A stretch of DNA of 64,000 nt from Geosiphon pyriformis uo1 (Eukaryota > Fungi > Glomeromycota): the NCBI GenBank assembly GCA_016748015.1, contig JAAOMT010000439.1:641527-705526 (forward strand), given 5' to 3'. Numbering within the stretch: the first letter of the stretch is position 1; each line of letters opens with the position of its first letter. Of the stretch, positions 23,573-37,415 are shown piece by piece. Under the pieces are notes generated by a model. The model made no database searches and was not told the origin of the DNA. It saw nothing but the letters and a program-made list of their open reading frames with translations. The position numbers and the translations under genes were made by a program.

Positions 23573-24559
23573 TGTTACCAAACGAAATTAGATATATTGT
23601 TTAGCATGAAATTACCCTTATAAATCTTATCATTAATTAGCATATATTATCGTTTCAAATTATCACTTATTACATTAGCAAAATATCCGAAATTATTATT
23701 TAATTAATAACCCAATTTGTACATAACACAAATGTAACCTAATTGCAATAATCAATCATGCAATACCACAAACTATGTAACATTCAAAAAGTTTGCTGAA
23801 ATTGGTAAAAAATTTGCCAAAATAATTGATAGTTTGCCAAAATATTTAATAGTTTGCAGAAATAACTTGTAATTTGCCAAAATGTATCTTTAGTTCAGTG
23901 AAATTATAGAAAATAGCAAAGTTCAAGTTCATAAAATAGTGTTATGACAAGTTGTATAAAAGAAGAGCTTCTATCTTTGAGAAAATGTATCTTACTTCAG
24001 ATTTAATAATTAGAATTATCCTTTACACACAAAAACAAAATAAATATCAAATCAATTTGAAAAGCCAAATTCTTAAATTATTTTTCTTGAAATTAACCAA
24101 TTCCTATTAACAGTTTTGAAATTGATTAGCTACTAATTTCAGTAAACTGTTAAAACACTTTCAGGCCTGGATCCAAAATGACTTCTATAAATCATCAGTT
24201 TTACTTTTTTTTTATATTTCTTTATTCTCTTTCTTTTCTTATTATAAATCATTTAGGTAGCCTACAGATGAGAATTCCTGTAGAAGAGTTGACTTTCACA
24301 GCAAAGTAACTACACATTTTTAGTGAGCTTCCAGATGAGCAATTCTTAGGAAAAAGTCGACATTTACTACAATATAACTATACAAAGTAACTAGCACAGA
24401 ATTGGCCATTCCACTTATAAGTCCAGCAATTCAAATTATCTTCTATAATTTGAAGATAAATTCAGTTACTGGAGGTTCAACCACATTCAGAAAACGTGAA
24501 TTCACAGCAAACAGATATCAACAACATTTAAGAAAAGAGACCAAAAACCTCCAGTAACA
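23573..24559 (+). mobile_element. Solo LTR of a family-B-related subfamily
   Basis: TGTTACC...CAGTAACA, similar to the Gypsy B LTRs; perfect TCGC TSD at 23569-23572 and 24560-24563. Confidence 0.94.
23955..23962 (+). promoter_or_regulatory. Putative TATA box in family-B LTR (also at about 27880 and 36796)
   Basis: TATAAAAG (TATAAAAA in the 5' LTR) at the same position in all three B LTRs, downstream of the repeat array. Confidence 0.5.
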
Positions 24560-27466
24560 TCGCTGTACTGTGGTTGGCTTTGAGTCTGAGGATACAATAG
24601 AATCTGCTTATTGTACTGAGCCAATATTTAGTGGTGTTAAATTATCTTGGGCTAGATTGGACTTAGTTTACTGTGAAAAATGTGGTCTTCTTGGCCATTC
24701 AGCTCTGGAGTGCAATGTACCATCTCTGCCCATTACCAAACTTTTGAAAATTGTTAAAAGAGTTACTTTAGAGGATTGTTGTTTTCAGCTAGCAAAATTA
24801 TATGCTAAAAAAGTGTTCCTATTTCTAGACTTGCTGCTTTTGGTGGCAAATCTTGGGCACAAGTGGTCTTACTTGTCTCTCCTTCTGGTAACCTTTATTT
24901 CAACTCTGGTGCTAGATCTGATCCTTCTCCTCCTGGTTCTTCAGGTTTTAAGGGAAACACACCAGTTGTTCAAAGTGAATTCTTAATCAATAATTACCTA
25001 ACTTCACTTGAACGTTTTTTAGAGTTGCTAGCTGATCAAGTGTCAAATATCATGGAAGATTAAATGGTGTGGAGCTTGTGTCTCTGGTGCCTATTACTCA
25101 AATTGTACCTCCAGCCATTCTTGTTTCTACATTGGCATTACCAGATACTGATATGGTTCTGGATGTCCTATGGCCATCCCTTCCTCCTCTTTTTTAGTGT
25201 TAGAGGACAAGGTGGTGGATTTAGGTCTGAGCAGTTCAAAGGTTTTTATCTCTAAAGTTGGCAGTTTGGAATTCAAGATAATGGCTCTTAAGATTTCTAT
25301 TGGCTTGATCTTGGGGAAGTTAGATCTGTTGTGCATAAATTTAGGTTTTCTGATACACTCTTTGCATCAGTGAGTAAGCTTATTTGGAGAATGGCTATAT
25401 GCAATGTTAGAGGTATGACAAATTTAACTAAACAGAAAGACATTGTCCATTGGCATAAAGATTTAAAAAATATGATTTCAATTGTTACTGAGACTAAATT
25501 GAGATTTAACATTAGGCCTTAGATTATGAATAAATTTGATGGACTTTGGGTTTTTACTTTTGGTTTAGATGTTGGGTTTTGTGGTGCTGAGGTTGCCATA
25601 ATTATGAATAATTCTTTGGCTTGACATGTTTCAAAAGTGGATGAGGTTCCTGGTTGTTTGATTTCTGTGCGTCTTCTATTCAAGAACAAACTTTCAGTTA
25701 TAATCTTGGGTCTGTATGCTAGTGCATCCATCAGCACATGGTTTAGTCAAGCTGCTGATATCAATTCTATGATTTCCAAGGCAGTCAATTCCAGGTCTTT
25801 TGTGATTTTGGGTGGTAACTTTAATGAAAATGAGTCTAGTAAAAGTGCGAGTTTTGGGTTTGGACCTGGTTAATACTTTTGATAGACACTCATTGGCCAA
25901 GACTTTCATCTGGAGCAATTCTAGAGGTGTTGAGAAAGTAATTGATTTTATTCTAGTTAGTGGGAATTTGGCATCTGCTATGACATCATATTTTGTCAAT
26001 GATGTGTCTGAGTTTTTTGATACAAATCATAAGTCAGTTTTCATTTCAATTAGTTTGGGTGGGCTGCTGGATACACATTCTATTAGCATTTGCAGACAAG
26101 CCAACTGAGACTGGTAGAGATTCAAATTAAAGGATGCAGATGATGTTCAATGGTTAAGCTTTAAAGATTGCTCTTCTGCCAAGTTTTTGGCTAGATTGGA
26201 CATGTTTGAAGAAACAAGAGTCAATGATGACTTAAATACAATGTGGAAATTGTTGAAAGAGACCATAGTACAGACTGCTGACACAGTTTTCTCTAGAATA
26301 TGGTATAGTGAGTATGACTGTTTGAGGAATAAACAATCTTTTAAATTCTTTAAAATAGAGCTGCTTGTTACAAAAGTTGTAAAATGTTAGAACTCTGGTG
26401 ATCTTCTGAATTTCAACCATCTTATTAAGGTTTGGTTGGCTGTTGATACAGTCAAAGCTTCCAAAGTTGATAGTATGGTTTTGAATAGTGTAAGCTCGAT
26501 AAAGTTAATTAAACATTTGTCGGTAATAAAAAAAGGGTATCATAAGTCCAAGTATTATGAGTCTAAGGTTGCTAAAGATACTGCTATAAGAAAGGCAATT
26601 GACTATTATATAGAAAACTTCTGTTCTGACAAAAGAAAAATGATAAAGAGCATTCTGGAACATCTATTTCGCAAGGTGGTTTTAAATTACTTAGTAGTGG
26701 ATAATGAGCTGGTGGTTGAGCCTAATGAAGTGAAGCTCAAGGTTGACAAAATTATGGAAGAATGGACAAGAAAGTAATCAGTTCTTCCAGAAATACCTGA
26801 TCTCTGGGCTCGACAATATATGCCTTTGGATTATATGGATAATAATGCTTTTTCTGGTGTAATAGTTGATATTGGTATGGAGAAATTGTCTCTGGCTGTT
26901 AATAATCTGCTAAATGATAAAGCAGCTGGATTATCTGGAATACCAAATGAACTTTGGAAGCATTGTGGTGGGGAGATTTTGGTCTGTCTTTTGAAATTGT
27001 TGAATTTGTGCTTGAGTATGAGTGCAGTTCCTAATCTATAGAAAGAAGCATGGGTTTCAATGATTCCAAAAACTTATGAGTGGAATGGTATTCTGACAAA
27101 TACCAGACCTATTACATTGGTCGAAACAGCACATAAAATACTATCTAAGATCCTATCTGATCGGATATCTTTGGCTTGTAGCAAGTTTGATGTTCTTTGT
27201 GATGACAATTTTTCAGTGTTGAAAGATACTTCGACCCAGTCTCCTATTTTTGCTATTGGCTCAGTTGTTGAGGATGCTTTGGAGAAAAACAGAGAGCTTT
27301 GGTTAGTGCTACAGGATATGTGCAAAGCTTATAATTTAGTAGGCTGACATCATTTGCAAGCAAGCTTGCTTCACATCAAAATGTGTGGACGTTTCATCCA
27401 ATTTTTTGGCAACATTTATGGGGACTGGCTCAACAGGGTGATAACTGATTTTGGGCTCTCAGACAG

Positions 27467-28497
27467 TATTACCAGTAGAATTTTAGCTATTAATTAGCAT
27501 GAAATTACCCTTATAATTCCTATAATTAATTAGTATATTAATATCATTTCAAATTATCATTTATTATTTAATCAATTATCACATATCACAATTCAATTAA
27601 AATAATCTAATTAGTATAACAGAAAGTAGGATAATCAGATTACACAATACTTTGAACTTTGTAACATTCTAAAATTCACCAAAATTTATAGAAATTCACC
27701 AAAATTTATAAAAAATTCACTGAAATTTACAGAAATTTGCTGAAATTATGAATAGTTCATCCAAATTAATCAATAGTTTAGTGAAATAACTTGTAGTTCA
27801 TCAAAATGTATCTTTAGTTCACCAAAATTTGAGCAAAGAGAAAAAGTGCAAGTTCATAGACTAGTACTACAACAAGTTGTATAAAAAAAAGCTTTTCTCT
27901 TCAAAAAAATATATCTTCTCATAGTACTTTACCATAGTATCTTACTTTAGATATCTTAATTGAAACAAATCACCTTTTACAAAATCAAATAAAAATTAAA
28001 TATTTGAAAACCAAATTCGTAAATTATTACACTTGAAATTCTCTCAACACAAATAACATTTTAAAATTGACTAGCTACCAATTTCAATAAACTGTTAGTG
28101 ATTCCAGGCCTGAATAGAAAACGTTTCTCTTGATAAAATCCTATTTCTTTTATATTTTTTTTATTTTTCTTTTCTTTTCTTATTACAATTATTAGGGTAG
28201 CCTACAGACAAGATTTTTGTAGAAGAGTTGACTTTCACAGCAAAGTAACTACACATTTTTAGTGAGCTTTCAGATGAGCAATTCCTAGGAAAGAGTTGAT
28301 GTTTACTACAATATAACTACATAAAGTAACTGGCAAGAAATTGGCCATTCCACTTATAAGCCCAGCAGTTCAAATTATAGGAAATAATTTGAAAATAAAT
28401 TCAGTACTGAAGGTTCAACTACTTCTAGAAAACGTGAATTTGCAATCAACAGACATTTACAACATTTAAGAAAAGAGACCAAAAACCTCTGGTAACA
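27467..28497 (+). repeat. 5' LTR of Gypsy B
   Basis: Matches 36444-37415; starts TA (mutated TG) and ends GTAACA. Confidence 0.94.
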
Positions 28498-28499
28498 TT

Positions 28500-28513
28500 T
28501 GGTGCTCTCTCAT
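28500..28513 (+). promoter_or_regulatory. Putative primer-binding site of Gypsy B
   Basis: TGGTGCTCTCTCAT starts 2 nt after the LTR; differs from the family A PBS. Confidence 0.7.
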
Positions 28514-31500
28514 GAAAATAACACAGCAACAACAAACTTCAAAGTGGTGACCACACCAAACACAACAACTCTAGAGTATTATCAGTTAATTTACACCCAC
28601 TGCAAACAAAGATTCAATATCCCAGACAGAATTGAAGTTGTTAAGAAATCAGTATACCAATATATTGAAAATTGCATCAACAATTATATTTTTGGAAACT
28701 AACATTTCAGAAGTTAGAAGCAACCTCTATAATAATTTAGTGCACTATTCACAATTGAGAACAGAAAACCTGAACAGTGAAACACTTGCTACCTACTTCC
28801 AAGAACTTAATTTTAACATTATTGAGTATTGTAAAGAAAAATACCCAGTACAGTCTAAATACTCTTTTGACTTTGAATCAGAGACAGAAACAAGCAACAA
28901 AGACAAACAAAGATTGAAGCAATACTCAAGAACCACTCCAAACACTCCAACACTACAAAAGACAACTGCCAAACACTTGCAAACACTTGAACAAAGAACC
29001 AGTGTCAAATTACCACTTTCTATTACACCATTTCCAATTTCACTTGTTCAATCACAAACACTAAGTTCACCACTTAACTGTTTCTCCAGACCAAAAAATT
29101 TTCAGTCATCTAGAAATCCTATTCAACAACAGGAACCAATATCAACAAGTGCCAATATTATTGATTACTTATAGAAAAACGAAAGTAATTACTCAGAAAG
29201 CTTAGAAAGTGAAGAAACTGAATTAGAACCAGAAGAAATTATAGAAAATGAAGAAGAAATGACAACTGCTTACATTGCAAAAATCCCAGAATTCACTAGT
29301 AAAGACAATAATACTAGTCCTCAAAAATGGCTTGACAAAGTTCAAAAAGCAGGAGATGCAAATGGTTGGATCGCAGCAAGAATGCTCAAAACAATTCTCT
29401 ACTTTCTCCAAAGAACAGCAGGAAAATGGTTTGAAAACTTAGAAGAACCATTTGAAAACTGGCAAGCATTCAAAGATGCTTTTCTACAACAATTCACCGA
29501 CAACAATACCTTTATTACTCTCAGAAACTGCTTTTGCAATATTAAACAAAAAACATCTGAAACTGTTATGATCTATCTTGGAAGATTTAACAAACTTCTC
29601 AGACGAATCTGACAATTGGAAACCAATAACTACTATTCTGATGCTCAAATTCTGGATCAGTTTATAGCAGAGTTAAAAGATAAACTGATTAAGAAAGTTT
29701 GTTCACATGCTCCAGCAGACTTAGCAACTGCTATTAGACATGCAAAGAGCTATGAAATGGCAATGGAAGAAGCAAATCACACCAAGCTTGTAAATCTTGC
29801 AATTGGAGAAACCAGCTCAGCAGCTGAAGAGAAGATAGACCAACTCACAAAAAAGGTTGAAAGCTACTTCACAAACCAACAACAACAGCAACAACAACCA
29901 CAAAGATATCAACTCCCACAATGATGCAACCAAAACAATTTTGGATTACCATCTAACAACCAACCTCAAAATTGTCATTATTGTGGAATTCCAGGACACT
30001 GGAAATGAGATTGTAGGAAATTACAAAAAGACCAACAAAACAGGAGTAATCAACGTTACTCTTCACCACAACAATCCTATTACCAATCTCCACCATCAAT
30101 TTATTATTTACCAAAACCACAAAATCAAAACAGTTACTATTCACCAGCTCCACAATTAATGCAGCAACAATATCAGCAACTTTTACCAATTCAGCCATAT
30201 TAGACACCACCCACTCAACAATACCAAGTACTAGCAAAAAGATTGGTTCAACATAACTAATTCACACCCTAAAATCAATTTCAGAATAACAACAACAGAA
30301 TTAATCTAAATAACCAGTTGGTTCCCCGAAATCCTGGTTAGCAAAGATCCCATCACTATCACACTCAATCCAGTTATTTTATAATACCAGAGGAATCAGA
30401 TTTTTAACAACCTGCACTTTCTGAAGGTGAAGTTGCAGCACCCAGATCAAACCCTTCCAACAATACTATTCCACCAGCTCAAATTGCCCAAAATGCCAAT
30501 CTTTCAGATATATTTCTATTCGAATTTGAAGCAAATAAATCACTATTCTTGCTTAGTTATGTAACAGTCAATGAACAAAAAGCAATTACTGCTATGTACA
30601 CAGAAGCTACAATGGAAAAAAAATCTATTTGCTTAATCTTAGATAGTGGATTGGCTGGAAGTATCATCACTTACCGGCTGATGCAACAACTCAAACAAAA
30701 TGTAGACAGACTAGCTCAAACAGTTATTGTCACAGCTGATGATATGAAGAAGACCCCAATAGAAGAAATTGATGATTTCCCCTTTTCAATTGATGGAATC
30801 ACCATTTCAGTTAAAGTTCTTGTTATGGATGCACTCCAATACCAAGCTCTAATTGGAAATGATTGGCTTCTCAAGACCAATGCAAACCTGAACTGGAAAA
30901 CTCAAGAACTTAAAATTTCATACTAAGGACAATACACCATAGTACCTGCTATTTGTAGTACTTTTAACAAATGATCAGAAAAAGCCCCAATATTTGAATT
31001 AGAAGAAGAGAAAGAAATGCCACTTACTGAAACCTACATGGCTCTTAGTTCAACATCCAATTGGGCTAAAGAAACAGAACAAGAGATTTTCGAAGAATCA
31101 AGAAGATGAAAAAAAGTTAGATATTCCACACCAGAACCACAAAAAGAACCACCATACATTCCACTAAAATGCAAAGATTACAAAAAGAAGCTTTCATCTA
31201 TGGGAGCCTGTATTTTCCCAAAAGAGGAATATGAAACTTGTACTTGCTATTTTTACAAAGCATGCCATAGAGAACGATTTGGATCCCCCAAAAAAAGTGG
31301 AAAATAGAACAACACACCTTGCCTTACATGTGGAGATATGTTACCAGAAGAATACAACTGGATTGATGTTGCAATGAAAGGAGGAGTATGTGATTAAACC
31401 TGTCAATATGCTCTATCAATTTCGGAAAAAGTGAGAAGAGGAACACCATTTGATGCAGCATACAACAGTGCTTTCAACAAACTATACTATTACCCACATA

Positions 31501-31886
31501 ATGCTGAAATGATTTTTGACTTAGCAATGGCTTTAATCAATAGAGCCACCCAAGAAGATGTTTGCCAAATGAAAAAAGCTGAATACATTGAGTATATCAT
31601 AGAATTAGCTGGATTTGATTATGAAGATGAAGTAAAAATCTACTACCAAATTGCAAGCCACATATATCTAACCAAAGAAGCTCAAATTCAATGATTAGAG
31701 CAAATAAACATTCAATTGTGTGAAAAATGTGTTATGCCTTGTGATAACCAATGGTGTTTAGAATGTTATGCTCTTAGCATTCCTTTGCCAAATGAGAATG
31801 ATGAAAATGAAATCGAATTTAGAGTATCTGAACTAATAGAAGAACTACCAACCACCCCCATCTATCTTCATAAAAAGCAACCACCT

Positions 31887-32318
31887 CTACAACTTAAATA
31901 TTTTGACAATCATGGCCAAGGAATCAGACCAGAAAGAACACACGAAATTGATGCTGGATATGACCTAAGATACCCAGGAAAAGATACTTTGGTTCTCCAA
32001 CCAAAGTTCATGACAAAAATCAATCTCAAAATTGCTCTTGAAATTCCACCAGGAGCAATGGTTCAAATTGCCTCCAGATCATCATTGGCAAGCAAAAGAA
32101 TCAATATTAGAGGAGGAGTTATAGATGCAGGATACACTGGAGACATTATTATCATGTTACAGAATGAGACAGACAAACCATTCAAAATTGAACATGCTGA
32201 AAAAATTGCTCAAGCAATTTACTTACCCTTAATTAACATTTCAGGTTTACAATTAGTAAACAACAAAGAACAATTGGGAAAAAGTGAAAGAGGAACTCAA
32301 GATTTTGGTTCAACTGGA
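31887..32318 (+). other. dUTPase domain within Gypsy B pol
   Basis: All five motifs present: AGYDL, ASRSS, GGVIDAGYTG, KIAQ, RGTQDFGSTG. Confidence 0.95.
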
Positions 32319-35300
32319 TGATTTACAGTTCCAGTAAACATAGCTTTTAATACACAAAATGAATCTCACCAGATTCTTCAACTTTCCTAGCCAATTACTA
32401 TTTCACCTTTTGAAGAACATTATGAAATTTACACTTGTTCAAAACCCACCACTACACAACAAATTTTTGAATCCAATGAACAAATCTGTTTGAAGCATAA
32501 AATCTCAATTCCAAACGTTTATATTCCCAAAGGAATGAAAAAATTTTGAGTTATATTCTACAACTCCAATAATTACTTTATTGTCTTATTAAACAAACTA
32601 AAAATTAGAATCATACACAGCAATATTTTTCAAGATGAAAACCCTCAAATTATCTCTAATTTCATCGAAATTGTAAGGCACACTCTACTCCCAAATCCAA
32701 ATATTATTCCCACTACTGAAAACTACCACTTTTTGGAAGAAAAATTCTCTCGAATTAACATGGGTTCCTTAGAACCTCAACAACAAAAACAATTGAAACA
32801 ATTGATAGCTGAATTTGCAGATATATTTGCAAAAGACAACAATGACTTGGGAAAAACGGATATTGTTCAACATTAGATCCATACAGGAGATGCTCCACCA
32901 AAACAACAACAAGCTTATTGAGTGCCACCTGCCAGCCATTAATTCATCAGAGAAAAGGTCCAAAAAATGCTCAATAATGGATTGATTCAACCATCAAAAA
33001 GTCTTTGGGCCTCACCAGTAGTTTTAGTTAAAAAGAAAAACAGAAAAATCAGATTCTGTGTTGATTATAGACAACTGAATAGTGTTACAATTGAAGATGC
33101 CTACCCTCTTCCAAGAATTGATGACATGCTAGATGCTCTAGGAAAAGCCAAGTTCTTCTCAACTTTAGACTTGGAAAGTGGATACTGGCAAGTCGAAATG
33201 GACTCAAAAGACTGACCCAAAACAGCATTTACCACTCAGGAAGAAAACTATGAGTTCAATATTATGCCTTTTGGACTTTGCAATACACCAGCAACATTCC
33301 AGCGACTCATGGATGTTGTATATGAAGGATTCTTGTGGCAATCAGTAGTTGTTTATCTTGATGATACTGATATATACTCACCAAGCTTTGAGACTTATCT
33401 TATTTACCTGTGAGAAGTTTTTCAACAATTATGGAAAGCAGAATTAAAGTTGAATATTGAGAAATGTCACTTTGGAAAAACAAGCTTAATCTTTCTTGAA
33501 CACATTGTTAGCAAAGATGGAGTCAAACCAAATCCTGGAACAATCAGTGCTGTCAAAAACTTTCAAACTCCCAGGAATACTACAGAACTACAAGAATTTG
33601 TAGAATTAGCCTCTTACTATCAAAAATTTATAAAAGAATTCTCAGAAATTGCCAAATCACTTAATTATCTTATCAACAAAAATGTACCATACAAATAGAC
33701 TGAAGAACAACAAAAAGCTTTTGAAACTCTCAAAACAAAATTGACAACAGCCCTAGTTCTTGCTTACCCAGACTTCAACAAACAATTCCAATTAACTACT
33801 GATGCTTCACACATAGCATTTGGTGCCATTTTATCACAATTGGATGAAAATAACAAGGAACAAATTATCGCCTATGCTAGCAGAACACTCAAGCCAACAG
33901 AACTCAAATATGGCTCAACTGAATTGGAAGCTGCTGCAGTTATTTGGGCTCTTAAACATTTTCAATAATATCTGAAAAATGGAAAAGAATTTGACATAAT
34001 AACAGACAATATTGGCCTCAAATGACTCAATAAAAAGAAAACTGAACAAAGTGCCAAACAGTCTCAATGGAATGACTTCCTAGCAGACTACAGATATATT
34101 GTACACCACAAACCAAGAAAACTACATACTAATGTTGATAGCCTCTTAAGAATGAGATAAAATTAATACCAACAACAATTCCACCACAACTTACCAACTT
34201 ACCAACAAAATAACCAAATAAGAATAGATCCCAGAAGTTACAGCAATCTTAAAAATTATTTGGAGACCCTTACTATACCAGAAAACTGGTTTCCAAGTGA
34301 AAAACATCGTTTACAACACCAATCAAAACAATATTTTATATACCAGAACAAAATCTATTACAAAAATCACAAAAACCCAAACCAATCACTCAGATTAGTA
34401 CAAAAGAATGAAAAAGAAACAATTTTATACAACATGCACACAGATCCGTCTTCAGCACACTTGGGAAGAGATAGAACAATTCAAAGAACCCTTGAACATT
34501 ATTTTTGGCCTCATATGTAAAAAGACATTCGACAATATGTAGAATCTTGTGATAGTTGTCAAAGAAGAAAAAGAACTCGCCCCATAGAATCTTTAAATCT
34601 AATCAAAGTTGGACAACTTTTTGACAGAGTTGGAATTAATTTAGTCGGACCATTACCTATCACAACTCTAGGAAATTGCTATATTGCAGTAGCAGTAGAT
34701 TATCTTACCAAATGGCCTGAAGCTAGAGCCATCCAAAGAGCAGATGCAAAATCAGTAGCAAATTTCATCTATGAAGACATTATTTGTAGACATGAATGCC
34801 CAATTGAACTCTTATCTGATTAAAGAACACATTTTGTGAACAACTTGATACAAAAAATTTGTGAATGGTTCAATGTCAAAAGACCTCTATCATTACCTTA
34901 TTACTCTCAAACAAATGGATTTGTAGAACGTTTTAACAGAACATTGTGTGAATCTTTAGCCAAAGTCTCAACAGACTTTGAGCAGAAATGGTATATCTTT
35001 ATTCCATCAATGTTACTAGCATACAAAATGTTAAAACAAGATACTATGAAACACATACCATTTGATCTTACTTATGGAAGGACAGCAATATTACCAATTA
35101 ATTTCACAGTAGAAACATACCCAGTGCAACCAATTAATGAAAAAAACTTTCAAAAAACACTCCAAAGAAGAGTCTACACTCTTTTTAGTACACTGGAAGG
35201 AAAAAAAAGAATAGCAGCAACTCATTTTGAACATTCTCAAACTCAACAAAAAGAAAGACATGACAACAAATTACCACCTATTACCAACAAATTTAAAGTT

Positions 35301-35755
35301 AGAAATAAAGTTCTCTTACACAGAACTAAGGCTGAAAAACAATGGAATGGGAAATTTGAAAACAAATAGGATGGACCATTTTATATTTACGAAATTCTAG
35401 GCAATGGATCATACAAGTTAAGACTTGATGACAAAATACTAGCAAAAGTTGCACATTAAAACAGATTGAAACACTATTATTCCAGAAACAATCCTGAACC
35501 ATTAATTCTACAAATTGGTACACATTCCTCTTTAATTAATCCTGAAGATGTTCTCCGAAATTTAGAACCAATAATTATAATAGAACAACAACCAAACTTG
35601 AACACTTAAATTTTACAATAATTCTCTAATAAAAACACAAAAACAAAAATAGTAAATAAATTACAAAAACACCCAAACCCAAAAACAAATAAAAACCTCA
35701 TATCTCAAAAATAATTTTTCTTTATTTTTTCTTTTCATAATTAGTCAATTTTATT

Positions 35756-36463
35756 ATGATTATTCTCCGAAATATTCAACAAATATCCCAAAAGTTAATG
35801 CTAGTCTTGAAAACACTTCCTGACTTATCTATAACAATTAATGGAAGTCAAATTAATTACATTCAGAAAGAAATCACAGGCCCAGTAGCAAATTATTTAC
35901 AGAACTATTACCCCTATAGAAAAAAAACAAAAAGTCACTCTGAAAATAGGTTACCAAGACTTTTGAAACAAGCACTAGAAGAAAATTTTTTAATTGCCCC
36001 TATTAACATTCCACCAAATGTTACAATGCAACAAAAACTTCTACTACTTCTCAATGAACAGAACAATGAACACACCCTTATCTATAAATACTTTTACATT
36101 GGAAAGACACTTTATGAACGAAAAATGGAACTTGAAACAACAAATCTCACTCCTGAAGCTATACAAAAACAAATCCACAATGAATTCAAAACAGCAGCTG
36201 AACCAACAAACACTTGCTACAAACTTAGAGCAGCTTTTAGACTCTATGATTTGTTTAATACTTGTGAAAATGTTTTACAAAATTCAATACTGCAACCAAT
36301 GAAAGTTCAATACATTGGCAAACTCACAGAACTGAAATTTCAACAATTTTCAGGCCAGATTACTTCAATTATTTTGAATCACTATCTCAATATTACAGAT
36401 AGTGCTTGGACTTCGATGGAGCTCAGTCTTGAGGAGGAGATTATGTTACCAGTAGAATTTTAG
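35756..36463 (+). CDS. Accessory ORF3 of Gypsy B (235 aa, unknown function)
   Basis: Uninterrupted ATG ORF homologous to 20685-21353; runs through the PPT into the LTR. Confidence 0.8.
   Translation: MIILRNIQQISQKLMLVLKTLPDLSITINGSQINYIQKEITGPVANYLQNYYPYRKKTKSHSENRLPRLLKQALEENFLIAPINIPPNVTMQQKLLLLLNEQNNEHTLIYKYFYIGKTLYERKMELETTNLTPEAIQKQIHNEFKTAAEPTNTCYKLRAAFRLYDLFNTCENVLQNSILQPMKVQYIGKLTELKFQQFSGQITSIILNHYLNITDSAWTSMELSLEEEIMLPVEF
36431..36443 (+). promoter_or_regulatory. Polypurine tract of Gypsy B
   Basis: GAGGAGGAGATTA immediately before TGTTACC. Confidence 0.82.
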
Positions 36464-37415
36464 CTATTAATTAGCATGAAATTACTCTTATAATTCCTAT
36501 AATTAATTAGTATATTAATATCATTTCAAATTATCATTTATTATTTAATCAATTATTACATATCATGATTCAATTAAAATAATCTAATTAGTATAATGGA
36601 AAGTAGAATGATCAGATTACACAATACTCTGAACTTTGTAACATTCTAAAATTCGCCGAAATTATGAATAGTTTACCCAAATTAATTAATAGTTCAATGA
36701 AATAACTTGTAATTCATTAAAATGTATCTTTAGTTTACCGAAATTTGAGCAAAGAGAAAAAGTGCAAGTTCATAGACTAGTACTACAACAAGTTGTATAA
36801 AAGAAGAGCTTTTTTCTTCAAGAAAATGTATCTTCTTATAGTATCTTATCATAGTATCTTACTTTAGATATCTTAATTAAAACAAATCACTTTTTACAAA
36901 ATCAAATAAAAATTAAATATTTGAAAACCAAATTTGTAAATTATTACACTTGAAATTCCCTCAACACAAATAACGTTTTGAAATTAACTAGCTACCAATT
37001 TCAATAAACTGTTAGTGACTCCAGGTCTGGATAGAAAACGTTTCCCTTGATAAAATCTTATTTCTTTTATATTTCTTTTATTTATTTTTTCTTTTCTTAT
37101 TACAATCATTAGGGTAGTCTACAGATGAGATTTCTGTAGAAGAGTTGACTTTCACAGCAAAGTAACTACACATTTTTAGTGAGCTTCCAGACAAGCAATT
37201 CCTGGGAAAGAGTTGATGTTTACTACAATGTAACTACATAAAATAACTGGCAAGGAATTGGCTATTCCATTTATAAGCCCAGTAGTTCAAATTATAGGAG
37301 ATAATTTGAAGATAAATTCAGTTATTGGAGGTTCAACTACTTCTAAAAAACGTGAATTTGCAACCAACAGACATTTACAATATTCAAGAAAAGAGACCAA
37401 AAACCTCCAGTAACA
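36444..37415 (+). repeat. 3' LTR of Gypsy B
   Basis: TGTTACC...CAGTAACA; about 59 bp shorter than the 5' LTR, mainly in the repeat array. Confidence 0.95.

Larger units (their letters stand above)
22501..25373 (+). pseudogene. LINE copy 3 ORF1, split by solo LTR 23573-24559
   Basis: Homologous to copy 2 ORF1 (FSTVNGFGGATTPSKF, IQLIGLWQKAVV, CEKCGLLGHSALEC). Confidence 0.88.
28499..35609 (+). pseudogene. gag-pol of Gypsy B (same domain order as A), many in-frame stops
   Basis: Fragments 28632-34836 share one frame, with one frameshift near 28700; CHYCGIPGHWK*DC, LILDSG, YLDD, LTTDAS, integrase with DGPF; no chromodomain before the stop at 35607-35609. Confidence 0.92.
27467..37415 (+). mobile_element. 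Ty3/Gypsy LTR retrotransposon family B, full length
   Basis: LTRs at 27467-28497 and 36444-37415, PBS, gag-pol, ORF3, PPT; TSD ACAG (27463-27466) / ATGG (37416-37419), reconstructed as ancestral ACGG. Confidence 0.95.

Noticed and set aside
27672-27831. Short regularly spaced repeats as a CRISPR array
   Set aside because: Eukaryotic LTR context, degenerate units of about 20 bp without unique spacers, and no cas genes.
35380-35609. Chromodomain at the integrase C-terminus
   Set aside because: Only a short tail follows the GPF motif and no chromodomain aromatic pattern (YLVKW-like) is present.
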